Positions 12,336 to 27,366 of a DNA stretch of 64,000 nucleotides are shown here, piece after piece. Within the stretch, counting starts at the first letter, position 1; each line of letters starts with the position of its first letter. The notes under the pieces were generated by a model, which was not told where the DNA came from, did no database searches, and saw nothing but the letters and a program-made list of their open reading frames with translations. The position numbers and the translations under genes were made by a program. Origin of the DNA: Lingula anatina (taxonomy: Eukaryota > Animalia > Brachiopoda); the NCBI GenBank assembly GCA_051362555.1, contig CM120646.1, positions 5,518,001-5,582,000 on the forward strand, read 5' to 3'.

Positions 12336-15300
12336 TCAGCTCGAGGTCTTCGCTGCGGGTTCCGCTACTGGAGGCGGTTTGGCCGGTTGTGTCGTTTCGG
12401 CCGGTTTTGTCGGTTCGGCCGGTCTTATCTTTTTCTCGTTGTTGAATGCCGAACAGAGGAAGCAAGACAACACGACCACGCCCAACTGAAAACAAAACGA
12501 ATGCGGTAAAGTGATTGTTGTCAGTGATCGTAAGTTTATTTGTCAGGTCTTGTTAGCTTTTAATGTGCAAGGGGCTAATTTTGATTTTTGCTCCTACAAA
12601 TATTTAAGGCTCTTTGTGTATTTTTGCCTTGTAATTTTTTTTTTTTACCTCCACTGCACCCACGGCTATGCCGACCCCCATAAGCAGTTCACTATTGGAC
12701 AGAAGGGCATCTTTCAGTGCCTGGTAACAACCCTGTAAGAAGAGAGCAATGAAATTTTTATTTCGTTTTTTATATTTACAAGTTATCATTGCAATGACAG
12801 AATGATTTGATTGCAATGAAAGAATTATTTAATAATCTACACAACTGTTATGAGATATTGAATGTTTAATCCACCCCAAGAATGTCTTTCTCAACTGTTG
12901 CGATTTTGTAATTTCCACTAATGATTTGGAGTGAACTGTACGTGATTACGAAGTTTACCTTTTCTATGTTGGCATTAGTTGTGTTCGGATTAACGAGACA
13001 CGAGATGTCGACGGGTGTGACGTCAGGGAATTGCCCGTTCATCTTGCAGCAAGAGGGCGCCAGCTCCAGGCGCTGCGTTGCGTTGGGGGTGTTCAGAAGA
13101 TAGTTCAGTTGTAGAGTGAAGTTATCTGAAACGTTGCGGTTCCATTGTGTTGCGTAATGTAGGTCTGTGTAATTGTTGATCCCGCAGCAATTAAACTGAA
13201 AAACAGAAAGATATCACAAAATTAAATAAAAGTTCACCATTCTTTAAGGCTTTACAACAATTGTACTAACATGACTGCCGATCGATCGATTTCAGCCCGA
13301 CTTATTTATAAAGGTAGTAAAATTAGATAGTTACAATATGCCTACCGAGATTTGTAAAAAGCTCCATCCGAGGGACAATGCGCCCATATTGTCGGTGCTA
13401 ATGGGGATGGGAAGACCTTGGAAATCATTCACCAGGGTTACATTGAGCCAGTCTTTTAACTGCTGATCGACCTGAAAAATATGTTGTTTTCAGTTTTTGT
13501 TTTATTTTTTGGTTTATATTTATACTCTCTCTCTCTTTGCTTCTTTTTTGCTGCTGACACTGTTATATCTAACTACCTACTACTATTACTACTAATACGA
13601 CAGCACATTATCATTAAAACAATAAAATATGTCGTAAAATATGTAGCATTTCTCTATACGTACACGAATCCAGTGCATGCCACAATTCAGTGAGACGTAC
13701 AGTACAGCTAGCACAATGCGATGATACTCTGGCTTACCTTGTCTTCTATGACGAAGAAAAGCACAACTAACACAATTTCCACAATCAGCAACAGCGCCAC
13801 GATGCCTGCATACTGAAAACATTGAAAACTATACGATTACAAAATATGGCGGTTACAAGAAATGATTTCAAAGAAAGAAATGCTTTCATTATTCAACGAA
13901 ACGACGATAATTTGATTGTCGCAGTGTCCACGGTATTCAGAACGATGAGCTTGTAGTTGCTAGGGGATAAGAGAAACAAAATGATAATTAAACTTAATTC
14001 TAAATACCTTCTTTTATCTTGTATATTGTGCATTTAGAGTTCTGAAACAATATAACACGGTTCTCCTAAAACATACAAGATAATTTCGCTTACAATCCCT
14101 TCAATTCACATTTGTAGTGGCACTTCACTGTATAAACTTTTTCTTACAAATATCTACGTATACTTACAAAGTCTATCATGCAGACGGACTTGCAGATGGC
14201 CCCGCAACAACCCAGAAAACCCAGGATAAGAACCAGCGCCCCCACGCCAATGAGGACGTACGCCCCCGACTTAAGAATCTCGCCTATAGGGAGCGAGTCT
14301 GCGCCTAAAATATGGATATTACAATTGTCTTTATGGAAAACTATTTTAATAATTAAAACTGAATGGATTTAATTGTGTGCACTTTATGTTTGTGTTCATT
14401 GGATGAATGGAGAAAAACTTTCGGATATATTGTAATATTAAACTACAGAACATGAAGTGACCATTTGGCTCACCTTATAACTACAATAATACATGGACTG
14501 CAGTCAGTTTTCACTTTCACATTAAAAGCGCTCTTTGTAAACAGTTTGAGCTTTTATCGTAAAAATCGGTTGTACATCATTTAGAATGATAAATTGAAAA
14601 ATGAAAATCCAAAATTCATTTGCTGCATTTTTATGCAAAACCAAAATGATAGGGGTAGACGAGACCGTTCAATTGGCTTGATGAACATAAAGAAAATGGT
14701 AGTCTTACATGTATTAAGTTCATTTTATTGAAATACGAAATGTCTCTATGTAAAATTGACAAGAATGGTTTGTATGAGTAAATGCTTGGGGGATGGGGGG
14801 GGGGGGGAGGGGGTTGGAACATCCATTAGTTGTAATTTGCTCCCCCTCCCCCCCCCCCCCCCCCCCCCCGGATCCAGGATACGCTCGCTTTTTAAAAGCA
14901 TATCTTTTCACGAATGATTACAATCTGTGACGTATACTTTTATGAGAGCGTTATTATATAATACATTATTATATAATACGATTTAAAATATGCATTAATT
15001 AGTGAATAATGTCAAAACATATCTTACAAAGTATGCACTAGTGACTGTTGCCGTCTTACCTATAGGGTTCAGTAAAGGTGCTAATGTAGAGCTTAACGTA
15101 TCACCACCAAACAACACGAACAGAGCGGCAGCAAGGAGTCCGGCCCCGAGAAGCTAAACAAAAATAAATAGAATATAGCTTCAAGTAAATTTTACGGACT
15201 TGGCTAAACTGGTCTAATATTCTTTTAATTTTTCGTCGTTTTTCCCAAACTTGTGTCAAACTGTTTCAAAAATTCAGTGATGTTCTTGATGAAAATCCAG

Positions 15301-15503
15301 ACAAAGACACAAGATTTTAATAACTCGCCCATTTTTTGACACATTTGTTCATTTTTCTGACATATTCGTTTATGTAAGCCCTTGCTGTCACAGCTCGTTG
15401 ATTTTGCTGCCTTAAAACACTTTCCCCGGTAACTTACAGCAAAAATGATATTGAGGATGACCAGGAAGACCCGGATGCAGTTCATTCCGCCGCTGAGCGC
15501 CAT
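12336..15503 (-). CDS. Tetraspanin family protein, 322 aa, 8 coding exons
   Basis: Exons 15503-15438, 15153-15060, 14304-14168, 13812-13738, 13471-13346, 13195-12959, 12732-12649, 12485-12336, all GT-AG and frame-consistent. Four TM helices, GFLGCCGA, and a large extracellular loop with CCG, PSCC, a further C and GCY. The C-terminal tail is Pro/Ala-rich. Confidence 0.93.
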
Positions 15504-16397
15504 GTTTGTTGGAGGCGTGCGCAGGCGGACGGTTTTGGTGCAGACGATTTGAGAGTTTCTTTATCCAACTGAAAGTCCACAATCAGCCTACATGGCAGTG
15601 ACAGTCTGGAAAGAAAATGAAAAAGAACTGAAATTTTTTCGAGCCAATATCAAATTCATATAATCAAAATAAATTGTAAATAAATAGCCTTTCCAGTGAC
15701 AGATGAAGTCTGTCATAGACTGAATTTAAGTTCTCGAACTGACATACGGATCGTGCCGAACAAAAAGGCAAGGGGACTTGTGGTTCGCAATATATGCTGC
15801 GGTGCTCGCAACAAGAATTTTAACGATCGCATCCATGAAATCGTAATTTGGCGTTCGCAACCACAAACCTGCGGCTTGAAATCACGAAAGACGGGCGTGA
15901 TCTACCTGTAGTTACTAGCTGATACGGTTAAACACGGATAGCCGACTACGCAATGTCGACTAAGCGATATTGGTCCAAAATCTTTTTGCTAACGATTGGT
16001 TCATAATAAATATAGTGCAGTTACATAAAGATGCTGTAGTCAACAATATAAAGACAACAACAAAGGTTTAGTTTTAATGAAAATAGAAAAAAAAGGGTAG
16101 GATCTTTGGGATCTTTGAAAAAAACGAAGTTGTCTCTAACAAGATTTTAAAAATATTTTCCCGTCGCTACTGTATGCGTGCATGAATATTTGACTATGGA
16201 TTAAGTAACACAAACCTTTATTATCTCACGTGAAACGCGGGAGGGCACACTGCGCCTCTTCAGCCAGTTAACACACCTGTTAACACGATTAATCTGTATA
16301 GTTACATGTCGCTATCTATATTTAATCACAATGTAAACACACGTTTTTTTTTTTTCGGGTAAATGCTGGTTTGATAGAGTCTCAAAGTTGATGAGTA

Positions 16398-16400
<3 letters not shown>

Positions 16401-16480
<80 letters not shown>
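16401..16480. repeat. (AT)n microsatellite
   Basis: About 40 perfect AT units. Confidence 0.95.
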
Positions 16481-16483
<3 letters not shown>

Positions 16484-18159
16484 TACGGAAGAGTGAATAG
16501 TACACGTTAAATGAGAGGCACTCCTATGGCTATTGCATTTTTATATAGAGCTGACCATAAGGCCCATTTATACCGTAAAAGGCACTAATAAAATTATTAA
16601 TATTATGGTGTGTAAAAATGTGATCAAGCATTTCATTTTTCACTCTGCGTCTCACTTATATCTAACTTAGATTATTTTATTTTACTATTTTACAAACAAC
16701 ACAATACTAACACCATCACCCCTCAAACACATACATTAGTGTTAGGAATGGTTCGTCCTTGATCCAACATTTTAGGAAGACGCTAGTTCTAAAAATACCT
16801 GTATCCGCAGTACCCTCTATACGCTATATTGAAGTCATATTTGAGTTATTTATTTTGACGTATAATCCTTAAAAGATTTTTGCCGTATGGGACGTATCTT
16901 ATTAAAAAAGGAAAAAAAGAAGTCGCTGCGGTGATACAACTATTATGAAATGAAAGGGCTATTTATAACAGCAGAGACTAATTTTAAGCAGTCTAGACAC
17001 ATGTAAACTTACCCTATGACTCTGATGATCAAAGTCAGAGCATTTGTTATATATCCCTGTTATAAGCCCAGTGAATACTAGTACACGTAGGTTTCAGTGC
17101 AGATAAGATTCAGGCGATGAAATTAACTCCACAGCACGCTAACAAACTAAGCAGTTCGAATTAATTGCAATCCGGTCGTGGGTCTACGCGAGTCTCCGTT
17201 TCTCTCTATCTTCCCCGGTTAATATGATACGAGAATTGTTTATATAATACGAAAACTTGCTGAAACTTGTATTATTTACACTTTGACTTCTGGTGGAGAT
17301 ACCGTATATAAATCCCCCTGTATATATCCAAATATCAATCAACGCCAGAGGTTCAATCAATATTCAAAAATCCCAATCGCCTTTTACTGTTCAATTCTTC
17401 TAGTTTTGTGTTGGCAGACTTTCCAACATAGGTATGGTATAAATCGACGTAAAATGCACCTTATATTGCCTGGAAACCCTGTTTTTTAGCGTGTTCTGAA
17501 AATGCTGATCTTCGTTGAGGACAGCGTGGGAAATAGGTAGAATTAGTCACCTTTCTTCAATTAATCCCGAAAATGTCTTCCTGAAATAACTTCGAGTTAC
17601 AATAACCTTTTAAGTCGCAGGTGCAAACGTCTGAGAGTTACTACTGCCAAATATTTGTAAATCCAAGACTTATTAATTGGAAAGATGTTCCTTTCGGTAT
17701 ACCAGTCAGTTCTCGGACTGAATCTGCAGTTGATCGCAAAATAGGACGCGATATCGGGGTTGTGGGGGTCTTGACCGTTTTTGTGCCCAGGTAAAGCTAC
17801 TTTCTATCACCTGCAGTTCGGGGTTTACTAGCAAATACAACCGGAGGGTCAATATTGAATTCTGCTCCGATTTGAGGAAGTTACATTTAAATTAACAAAG
17901 CCACCAATCTGTTTGGTGATAAATATAAATGTTTATCCTTTGAGCGAATAAGCAAGAGTCGCAAACAAGATAGACATTCATAAATTCTATACCGCAGCTA
18001 GTAAAAGTGTTTTCGATAATAGACACGAAATTAAGTAAATAAAATCGTCATTAGGTGCTATGTACTTTAAAGAAAAATATTTTCATTTGGACTCTTGGTG
18101 GGACACTGGTTGACCACGGCTACGACCGGGGTTGTTTTAATCATCGGCCCTCCAGTCCT

Positions 18160-18161
<2 letters not shown>

Positions 18162-18218
<57 letters not shown>
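18162..18218. repeat. (CT)n(CA)n compound microsatellite
   Basis: Direct reading; a similar compound repeat occurs at about 35765-35814. Confidence 0.9.
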
Positions 18219-18860
18219 GCCCGCGCTCTGGCAAGAAAAAAAGATACAAATGACCAATTTCGTCATCAGTGGTTCCCGAGTATTAACAGATCACAACTGT
18301 CACCCTGTACACAGAAATACTCCACTGGCGTTTAAAATATATTTCGTATACATGGCCAAGCCGATTAAAATGTTATTTATGGTTCAGGTACTCTGGCCTT
18401 ACAAAAAATCTTAAATGGGTGATAAGGCAGCTTCTCATCACTGGGTGGCTATGGTAATGTGTGCAAAATGCAGTTGCTATGAAAACTTTTTAAACACTGC
18501 ATATCTTCTATGCAGAGTGGAAATCAGCTCATAAGGGGCTAAAGCCAATGCTGTATATTGTTTAAGATGTTCGGTCTTAGAAAGAACAACACAAGGTAAT
18601 AAAGGAAGAATGTTAAAGCCCCTAGGAAATGAAGGTGTATCCAAGGTAGTTAGCAATGCACTGACTATGATAAATGGCGTCCACGATATAAAGGAATTTG
18701 AACAATATTGGTATTTACCCGCAGGAAAAATAAACATTGTTGAAACTTATATGATTTCATAAAGAGTCATTAGAGGGTGGATTGGATAAGCTGAATTAAT
18801 TAGATTCTCAAGAGGTTGGTATATTCCTAAGTGGAAAAAGGTATTTCTTTAATAAATTTT

Positions 18861-18899
<39 letters not shown>

Positions 18900-19601
18900 C
18901 GCGTATGTTTGCATGCGTGTGTTTGCATGCGCGCGAGGGGGGGGGAAAGAGGTCAGGGGCGAAAGAGAGAGGCACAGATTTTAAATTAACTACTGTAAAA
19001 TAAATGGACGGGGGTCTTCAAAGCCCATATATACAGAATTAATCAATCAATTAATAACAGCAACGCTCTTTTCTATCGTAGCTTGTTAGATATTGAAATC
19101 TCCTCAATTACCGCAACTTCGATATATTTGACTTGCATGTATTACTCCCCGGATACTATCTACAGCAAAATGTCATTTTAAGCATAAAGGGTGATATAAC
19201 AAGCGGGAGTCAAGAAACTTGATCAATAAAGGATATGGGTGTATTAAATAAATGCGTTTTTGAATATTTGCACGACTATATAAATGACGTAGGCTGCCGC
19301 TGGTGATTTCGTATTGCTTGAGTATGATTTTTACAAGATGTTCTTCGTTTCTTTATTATTCAGTAACAAAACCTGCTTAGTTTTTCACTAACTTATGAAT
19401 TAAGCCAAAGCTTAATGAATCATTTTTTCAAAGAGTCTCTCTCCCTCCTTCTCTCTCTCCCTCTCTTTCTTTTATTAACTCTTAATTTTCCATATTTCCC
19501 ATTTGGTATTAATGTAATTGAAAAAAAAAAAAGAAATATCACCATATCTTTCCGGCTTATCTTTTATTCAGGTCTCAGCATCACGCATCCAATGTCAGTA
19601 A

Positions 19602-20570
19602 GGCCACACTTTTTTAATTTTATGGATGACATCCTGCGCGCGCATGGATTTTCGCCCGTTCTCCAAAAAAAAAAAAAAAAAAAAAGCCCCCCCCCAGCCC
19701 CCAACGAAGTCGGTTGTCGCAAACGTTGTTATTGCAAGGAAATGAGCTTTCTGCGCATGCGTATTTTCGCCACGTGGAAATGCGGCCACTTTGCTGTCAA
19801 ATTCATCTCTAGGATTACTTTCAAATTACACAACAATAAAAGTCATAAAGAGAACGGGCGCCATCGTTTTGGATTGGTATGCCATTGATATTGGGCATGG
19901 AGATATCACCTTTTTACAATTGTGCGAAAGGCTGGCGGCGGCCGAAACATTTCTGTGACATTCTGTAAAAAGCAGCACATTAATACCAGGTTTTCTGTAG
20001 CGAAAAAAGGGTCGACAAGGGCGTCGAGGTATTTGGTGGGCTGAAGGTCGGACAGGCCACCTGACAGTTTAGCTGCTTCGTGTGAGTTGAAGTTGATAAA
20101 ATGGCATCGTCTGAAATGACCTTTAATAGATTTGGTAGTATTAAGCATATCTTTGCATCATTTTTTAAACATTTCTGTGAAGTGTTCAAAATGTTTTAAT
20201 ATTCTGAGAATACAAATAAAGACACACTGTTTGATTGATATTTGTCTTATTGATTGCTATACCAAATGAATGCATGAAATAACCTTAAATAGTTTTGGTA
20301 ATATGAAGTATATCAATTCATGATTTTTTTTTTTACATTTCTACGAAGTATTCACAATGCTTTAATATTTTGAGAGCATGGATAAAGACATATTGTTAGT
20401 TTGATACGTGTTTCTGTGGTTAAATTTGTGTTTCCAGCTGTGTACTGACAGCATTCCTTTACTTAAGCAGTTTTTTTTTTTTTTTGGACTGTTTTTTTTT
20501 TTTTTCGCCCTCTCGCACCAATTTTGGGGTACCCAGAGGATGTCATCCATAAAAATAAAAAAGTGTGGCC
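19602..20570. mobile_element. Non-autonomous PIF/Harbinger-type element
   Basis: About 34-bp TIR GGCCACACTTTTTTA(A/T)TTTTATGGATGACATCCT, with TAA TSD at 19599-19601 and 20571-20573. No transposase ORF. Confidence 0.85.
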
Positions 20571-23500
20571 TAAATAGAATAGGGGCCTTTCCGATATGAC
20601 AATCTCAACATCGCCAGGAAATCACAAGCCATATTTTTTTTAATTAAAAAAAATGGCGTCCGTCTGGATGCATGTGTTTTTTTATGTACAGACACATCTT
20701 TTTTAGATTTCCATAAGTTCCCTATAACTTTGCCTACATAACTATGTCTTGTCAATGCGATTTGTTACTTTTAATATAATACTGCAGTATTTTGTATATA
20801 TATCTTCGATTGTACTGTAATTTTGAATAGGAAAATATTCCATTTAATTTAGAACAGTTGATCTAGAATGTCACACCAGTAAAATTCAATGTTAACATGC
20901 CTACTAAAGTTTTGCCTATTAGATGCCTCAAAAACAAACACAGAAACCAATTTTTAAGGCGAGACTCTTATGACCAAAATTGACCAATCTCTATGCAGGC
21001 AATTTTTTAATATTCATAACGTTATTTAACTTGCTATCCAGATATTCATATAAAACAATTATTTTCATGATATTGCGAAGAAATGTGCGGAAGCCTATTG
21101 CTTTTAATATCTTTATCAAGTTTAAGATGAAATATATTTTCACCGAAAAATATTAAGTTAGAGAAAATTTAAGGCATACATACTCAAATAATCGACGGCT
21201 TTCACAGAATCAAAGATAGTCATAGACAGCTTAAACCGTAAAAATTCGACCGATCTAAAAGAGGTATTAGTGAAATTTTACTTCATGTCGGAGGCAAATA
21301 TGTGTACATAAATGTTGGTCCCAAATGTCTTACCAAATAAATAAATAAAATCTCACCGCAGCTGTCGTAGTGGGCATATGCCCTTTACTGATTTGGTTTT
21401 AAATCGACGAATATCAATTTATTAGTGAATTCATTATAATTAAGCGGCATGCATGACTGATATCAAGACGTGAATAGCAATTTCTTTTATAGTATACTCC
21501 AAGGAATCAGATTAAACATAAATGCATCACGTTCAACGTAAATAGTCGTAATCAGAAGCTGTCAGTTGTCAAAGTTCGCTCGTGCAGATTGGCGACTCCC
21601 TTATAAAACTCCTCTTTCGGATTTAAAAAAATCTCCCCTACCCGGAAACGGGATTTCTTTCACGCGCCACAAACATCTTTCAAGTGCCACTTACCCCCTT
21701 AGTTTTTGGTAATGCACCCTTATTCCGGCGACCTTGTTCTACCTTGTGGCTGCGTCACAACTGCAGTCTTTTCCACAAATTGTCATCTTTGCTCAGCATT
21801 CGCAACTCTCGTGTTAAAACGGTGGCCAATCACAACGTCAATGTTTGCTCTTCTTTGTGTGCCCGCGATAAGAGTTAATGAAGCTAGCATAGCGAGCGAA
21901 GTATGGGTGGTTTTCGCCGGAGATTAAAACTAAGTGCGAGCCGCGACCGGCCGCGTTCCTCCGCATTAATTATACACCTAGCCAGGGTCAATAATTTATA
22001 GGCTCGCTTTCCTGGGACTCAAATTTAATTTGCAAAGGCGGGGAAAAGAGCAATATAAAGAAAAAACACGGCGCCTTTCGTTCTTGACTGAAATTGGAGC
22101 ATCATCTAATTTCTATATTTAGTTTGAAATGGGGTAGTGATTTGATTTTGTAACTTGATGCGTATCAGTGAAATTTGCTCCACAAGATCTGATCAAGCCT
22201 TTCTTCTCATTTGGAGAGTTTAAAAGCATGCCTTTCACACCTATTCGCTACCCCTTTTGCCGTCCTCTGGTTATAAAGAAATATATTTTCTTTCAATCTC
22301 CGTAGAGCCACGCATCAGTAAGCAAATGCGACAGGTGAGGTTTTGATTTCATCGAAGCCCTGGCTGTTTAGGCCGAAAGAATATTTAGAACGAATGGCAA
22401 AAAAAGTAAAACCTTTTTTTAACTTTTTCATGACAGCCAGATAAAACTTCTGCAGGGCAACAATGATATCATGATATCCCGACAGTGGAGTGAACGTTTA
22501 TGTAGAGAGGACTCGTCTTGTATGACCCAACACTGTGTCTACCAATTACATTTATTATTGACATAAAATACCGTTTTGTTTGGCCTATAACTTGTAAGGA
22601 CACATGTTTCTCGGTGCCTATTTTTTTCTATAGGCACTTGGATCAGTACTCGGATTTATCTATTCCATTATTTTTTTAATAAAACAATAGGAATATGTGT
22701 ACGTCTATGGATGGAAAAAACATTATCAAGATACATTCTCTTTCCCCTAGAGTTGTGTTTTGTGGAAGTAATGTATCAGAGATAAATGAAACTGCATGAT
22801 GGAAAACACGTGTGCAATATTTCTGAAAGAGTGTGGTGTATTCAACATTTAACAACAAGTGGACCTCATTCAAATCAAGGACGTTCAGTATACGTCTTGG
22901 TCAAATCTACATGTATTGGACCGTGAACATTCGTGAACAGTGTCAGCCCCAGTCCCCCACCTAAAATGAACCATACCTGTTCGTGATTTGCATAACAATA
23001 AGTTGCTCAACGTAGCGCGAGCTGTCTTCCCGAATGCTCACTTTCCAGTGGGACACAGTTGAGAGAAGACGCAATGTTCAACGCGTGCTGCAGTCGCAAT
23101 GTAGAGCTTTTATAGGGCGTAGAAGCAAATGGATATTTCGTAAGTATCACCTTTTCTTCAGTAACCTCTGTCAGTATAGATATTAATGACGAATGCAAGA
23201 AAATTTACGACAAATATTTATTATATTATAAGATTAAGTTTTTCATTTCTATACTGACTTGAGCTGTACCTAACAAAGCCTTTGACTACTCTGTGGCCTT
23301 CCCAAGTCTGTGTTAGTATGAGGTTGAGCATGATGACATATGACAATTATTTGTTACGATTCTTTGTTACATTTTGCCTGCCGTGTCTTTTATCAGAACA
23401 TTAGCTAGCATATTAGTATATGGGAATATTATTTCAAAGATGGCCTAATTTAGATGATAATGCTTGTCCAAGTTCTGAGCTTTTGATTCAGTGATATGTG

Positions 23501-25152
23501 TTCCCCATCAACGTGTACATAAATTCTTTGGTTTAATTTTATGTCCAAATTCTACCAAAAATTCAAACGTCTCCCTTTACGACGATCACGGTAGTTTAAA
23601 AAGAAATAAAAATTCCTTTTCATTTGAATAATCTTATGGTTACTTTTATCTCTGTGGGGCTTCGTTTCTTTTTATCAATTTAAAGTCAGTTTTATACATG
23701 TACCTGTAAAATGTTTGTAAGCAGTGTTGAAATACGGGAAAATGGTTTATAATAAAGCGAAATATAGCCCCCAAACCCGTGATGCTTAGCGACTTTAGAT
23801 ATTACAACATTAAATAGTAAGTAAAATACATTTAAGCCCCTAGTACCTACACGAATTTAAGAAGTGTTTTCAATGTTACTGTTTTCAAAGCAAGATATCT
23901 CAAATATCTTTATCATTAACTTCAGATCTTAACTTTGGCATAATTCAACATCGATATCGATTGCCTTTACTGGGTGCTACGTGAATCTGAGCCTGAACAT
24001 CGGACAAGTCAATAAACACCCACGGCATTTCAAGTGCCATCTTGACGTAAAATGCATTACTCGTATATTTCGAGCCTGTCCGTTTAGTCAGATATTTTTA
24101 ACATTACCTTTTCATTTCAGAGGTCCACTGAGATACTGAGTACTGCTCGACACGCGCCTGCTAGCAACCAAGCCTTTCACGTTCTGGAACCCTACGCACA
24201 TTCATGCTTCTATTATATTAAAACTGAATAAATATGTTTGTTATTCCGTGTTTTTTTCTCTTTGATATGGAATAATAAGGGTAAAGATAGAAGTGAAGAT
24301 AAAGGGAGAGGGGTAAAATTATGAAGATATGATCACTGTCTGAGCACTTTCAATTTTAATCTGCTAAAACTGATCTGTAAATATTGCGTTTGGGATTAAT
24401 GACTTCTACAGTAACAGAAAATATCTTAAATCCAAAAGCTTAAAATGTTTTTAAATACGCCCAGTATTTTGTAAATAATAATAAAAAATTAAAAAATAAA
24501 AATAAAAAAGTTAGAGCATTTTCATCTTCAAGATTTTCTAACACACTTGTATAAATACAAGTTGTATGGATTTATGATTTTGGTTTTTGAAAATCTATAT
24601 ATTACATTTTATTCTATAGCTACATTGTTTTTATATCTCTTGGAATAAATAAGGTCGTCCTCATATCATTTTCTTAATTTAATATAGGTCCATTTTAAAA
24701 GGGCTTTGGTTTTTGCTACAGAAAATTGATCCAATTTCATTTTAAATTTGAACGAAATAATGAGAAAGTTGAGAGAATCTGACATAATTCTGAAATGGTA
24801 ACAGTTGAAATTACTCCTCCCCCTAAAGAATTGGTTCTGTATATTCCAATGTATTTAAAAAATCTTATTAAAATAATATTTGAAATAAATTCATATATAA
24901 TTTAATTTTGATAATTTAACTTTATTTCCACACAGTCCCAAATGTGCAGAAGAAAAGGTTACATTTTATTAAATTGTGCTGAAGCAAATTTCAGACTAAT
25001 AATTTAATGTCTATTTATGCACGATACAAGTTTATTTCCTCCAAAGTTTGCTTACACAATACTTTAAAAAAATGTGTTCTTTTATATGGCTCATTGCAAC
25101 TGCATTATAATGTATTTTTGTGATGATTTAACTTGCATGCACTCTTTATACT

Positions 25153-25925
25153 GAATGGACTCGGCCCACCTGTGACCCCTAAGATGGAATGGATTTGTCC
25201 CACCTGTCACCCCTCAAATTAAATGAAATTGTCCCATTTGTCACCCCTCAAATCAAATGGTCTCATCCCACCTGTCATCCCTCATATGGAATGGACTCTC
25301 CCCACCTGCTACACCTCAAATGGAATGGACTTGACCCACCCATCCCCCCTCAACTCAAACGGACTTGCCCCACCTGTCATCCCTCATATGGAATGGACTC
25401 TCCCCACCTGCTACAACTCAAATGGAATGGACTTGACCCACCCATCCCCCCTCAACTCAAAAGGACTTGCCCCACCTGTTACCCTTAAATGGAATGGACT
25501 TAACCCACCCATAACCCCTCAAATGGAATGGACTCGTCCCACCTGTCACCCCTCAAATGCAATAGACTCATCCCACCTGCTACTCCTCAAATGCAATGGA
25601 ATCGCCCCACCTGTCACCTCTCAAATCGGATGAACTCGACCCACCTCTCACCCCTCAACTCAAAAGGACTCGCCCAACCTGTTACCCCTCAAATGGAATG
25701 GACTCGTCCCAACTGTCACCCCTCAAATCAAATGGTTTCGACCCACCTCCAACCCCTCAAATGCAATGCACTCACCCCACCTGCTACCCCTCAAATGCAA
25801 TGAAATCGCCCCACCTGTCACCCCTCAAATCGGATGTATTCTACCCAGCTCTCACCCCTCAAATCAAAAGGACTCGCCCTACCTGTCACCATTCAGAAAG
25901 GATTAATCTCAACTGTCATCCACAT
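25153..25925. repeat. About 30-bp C-rich minisatellite (cccacctgtcacccctcaaatggaatggact-like), about 25 units
   Basis: Recurring cccacctg...cccctcaaat...ggact with about 30-bp period. A 3-unit (about 90 bp) block is repeated near-identically at about 25267-25445. Confidence 0.9.
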
Positions 25926-26502
25926 CAATGCAGTCACACAAAGCACACCAATATATAACTATAAAACAAAGACATTCTAATGTGTTATTTATTTATTTAT
26001 TTATGACATCTCACGACAGAAAATTATGATGAAGTATAATAAAGACATATTTATGCACACTTAAATTGGCATAGACTCTTGTCAAATAAAATAATAAAAT
26101 ATGAATTACTGACATTAAGAAAACGTGGGTCGGTTTGTATTGGAACTTGCTCCTATTACTTTCTCTTTTTGTACTGGGATTTCAACACCACCATTCATGC
26201 TTTTTACTCAAAAAATGGTGCCGAGCTTAATTAAATATTCGGGAAAAGGAAATATGTCGGTCTTTCCATGGACATTTGAAAGTATCATTAGTACTATATA
26301 TAGATTATACATATAGTGCGGTATATAGGGCAGGCCAAGGGGCGACATGCTTTTTTAATTTGAGCAGAAAAAACATCTCAAAATTGGCAGATCCAGAATA
26401 TATATATATTTTGTGACACATTTCAACGCATCTTGCTAACCTTGATCTCAAAACAAAATAATTTGAGTCAATTTCAACACATATTATTACAAATTTAAGT
26501 AT

Positions 26503-26719
26503 TAGGACGTTTTCCCATAGTTTTAGATCGATCTATCCCCGTGGGGAGTCTCACTAGATTACAGTCAGATAATCCGGCTTAAATGTCCGTCCCACCTACT
26601 ACAAGCTGTAAGGGGGTAATTAACTTTCGTGCCCGCTAGGGTGACAGCTATTTAGCGTGCACCCCCAGGGAGTTAGGTCGATCTAGTTTGGATAGATCTA
26701 ATCTCTGGGAATGAGGTCT
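26503..26719 (+). mobile_element. Dispersed MITE-like repeat (inverted copy at 44585-44783, fragment about 48766-48815)
   Basis: ttttagatcgatctatc...gagtctcactagattac...gggagttaggtcgatc matches the reverse complement of 44590-44765. Confidence 0.7.
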
Positions 26720-27366
26720 TAGTTTTTTCTTTACTCAGAAGCCGCAAAATATATTTCAGATGGGGGAAGTTATTAATATCACTTTGATGTCTGTGTCTTT
26801 TAGATCGAAAAGAATGCAATTATAAATATCTTGTCACGCAGAGGATCAGACAGATTTATAATAACACTTACAAATGTTGAAAATAAAAATGATTCCTATA
26901 ATGCAAATTAAATCAATGTAAACAAAATATTAATTAATTAATAACCCGAACTTTAACCTGCAACATTGTGAAAATTGTATCCGAGCTTGTCCCAATTAAG
27001 GTATAATGTGAAAATAAAAATGCTCAATTATCGAGTATAATTTGAAAAGGGAACATGATCGACCTTTGTATGCTACTTTTAAAATATTAAAACATGGGGT
27101 AGTCCTAAAATGTTTTGAAAATCAAAATAAAAGCATATTCCATTTACGCCATATTGCACACGCCACGTGTTCGTTTGAACGCGTCAGTGCGTGTGTGCCC
27201 GTGTAAGGTGCCAAAATACGACTAGAAGGCTATGGAAGGTTCTATTAGTCAGAAGTATGTGCATTTTGCAGGATCATCGCAGAGTTGGCACTCCTGAAAT
27301 ATCAAAATAACGTTTTAATTACGATTTTTAAATGACATCCAAATGCAGTACAATGTGATCTAAGAT

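Noticed and set aside
15028-15059. Extension of tetraspanin exon 2 to the donor at 15027
   Set aside because: It gives phase 0, but the next exon (14304) needs phase 1; the donor at 15059 fits.
25189-25958. Overlapping Pro/His-rich ORFs (mucin- or collagen-like)
   Set aside because: They are open in several frames only because of the C-rich 30-bp minisatellite; no signal peptide or splice support.
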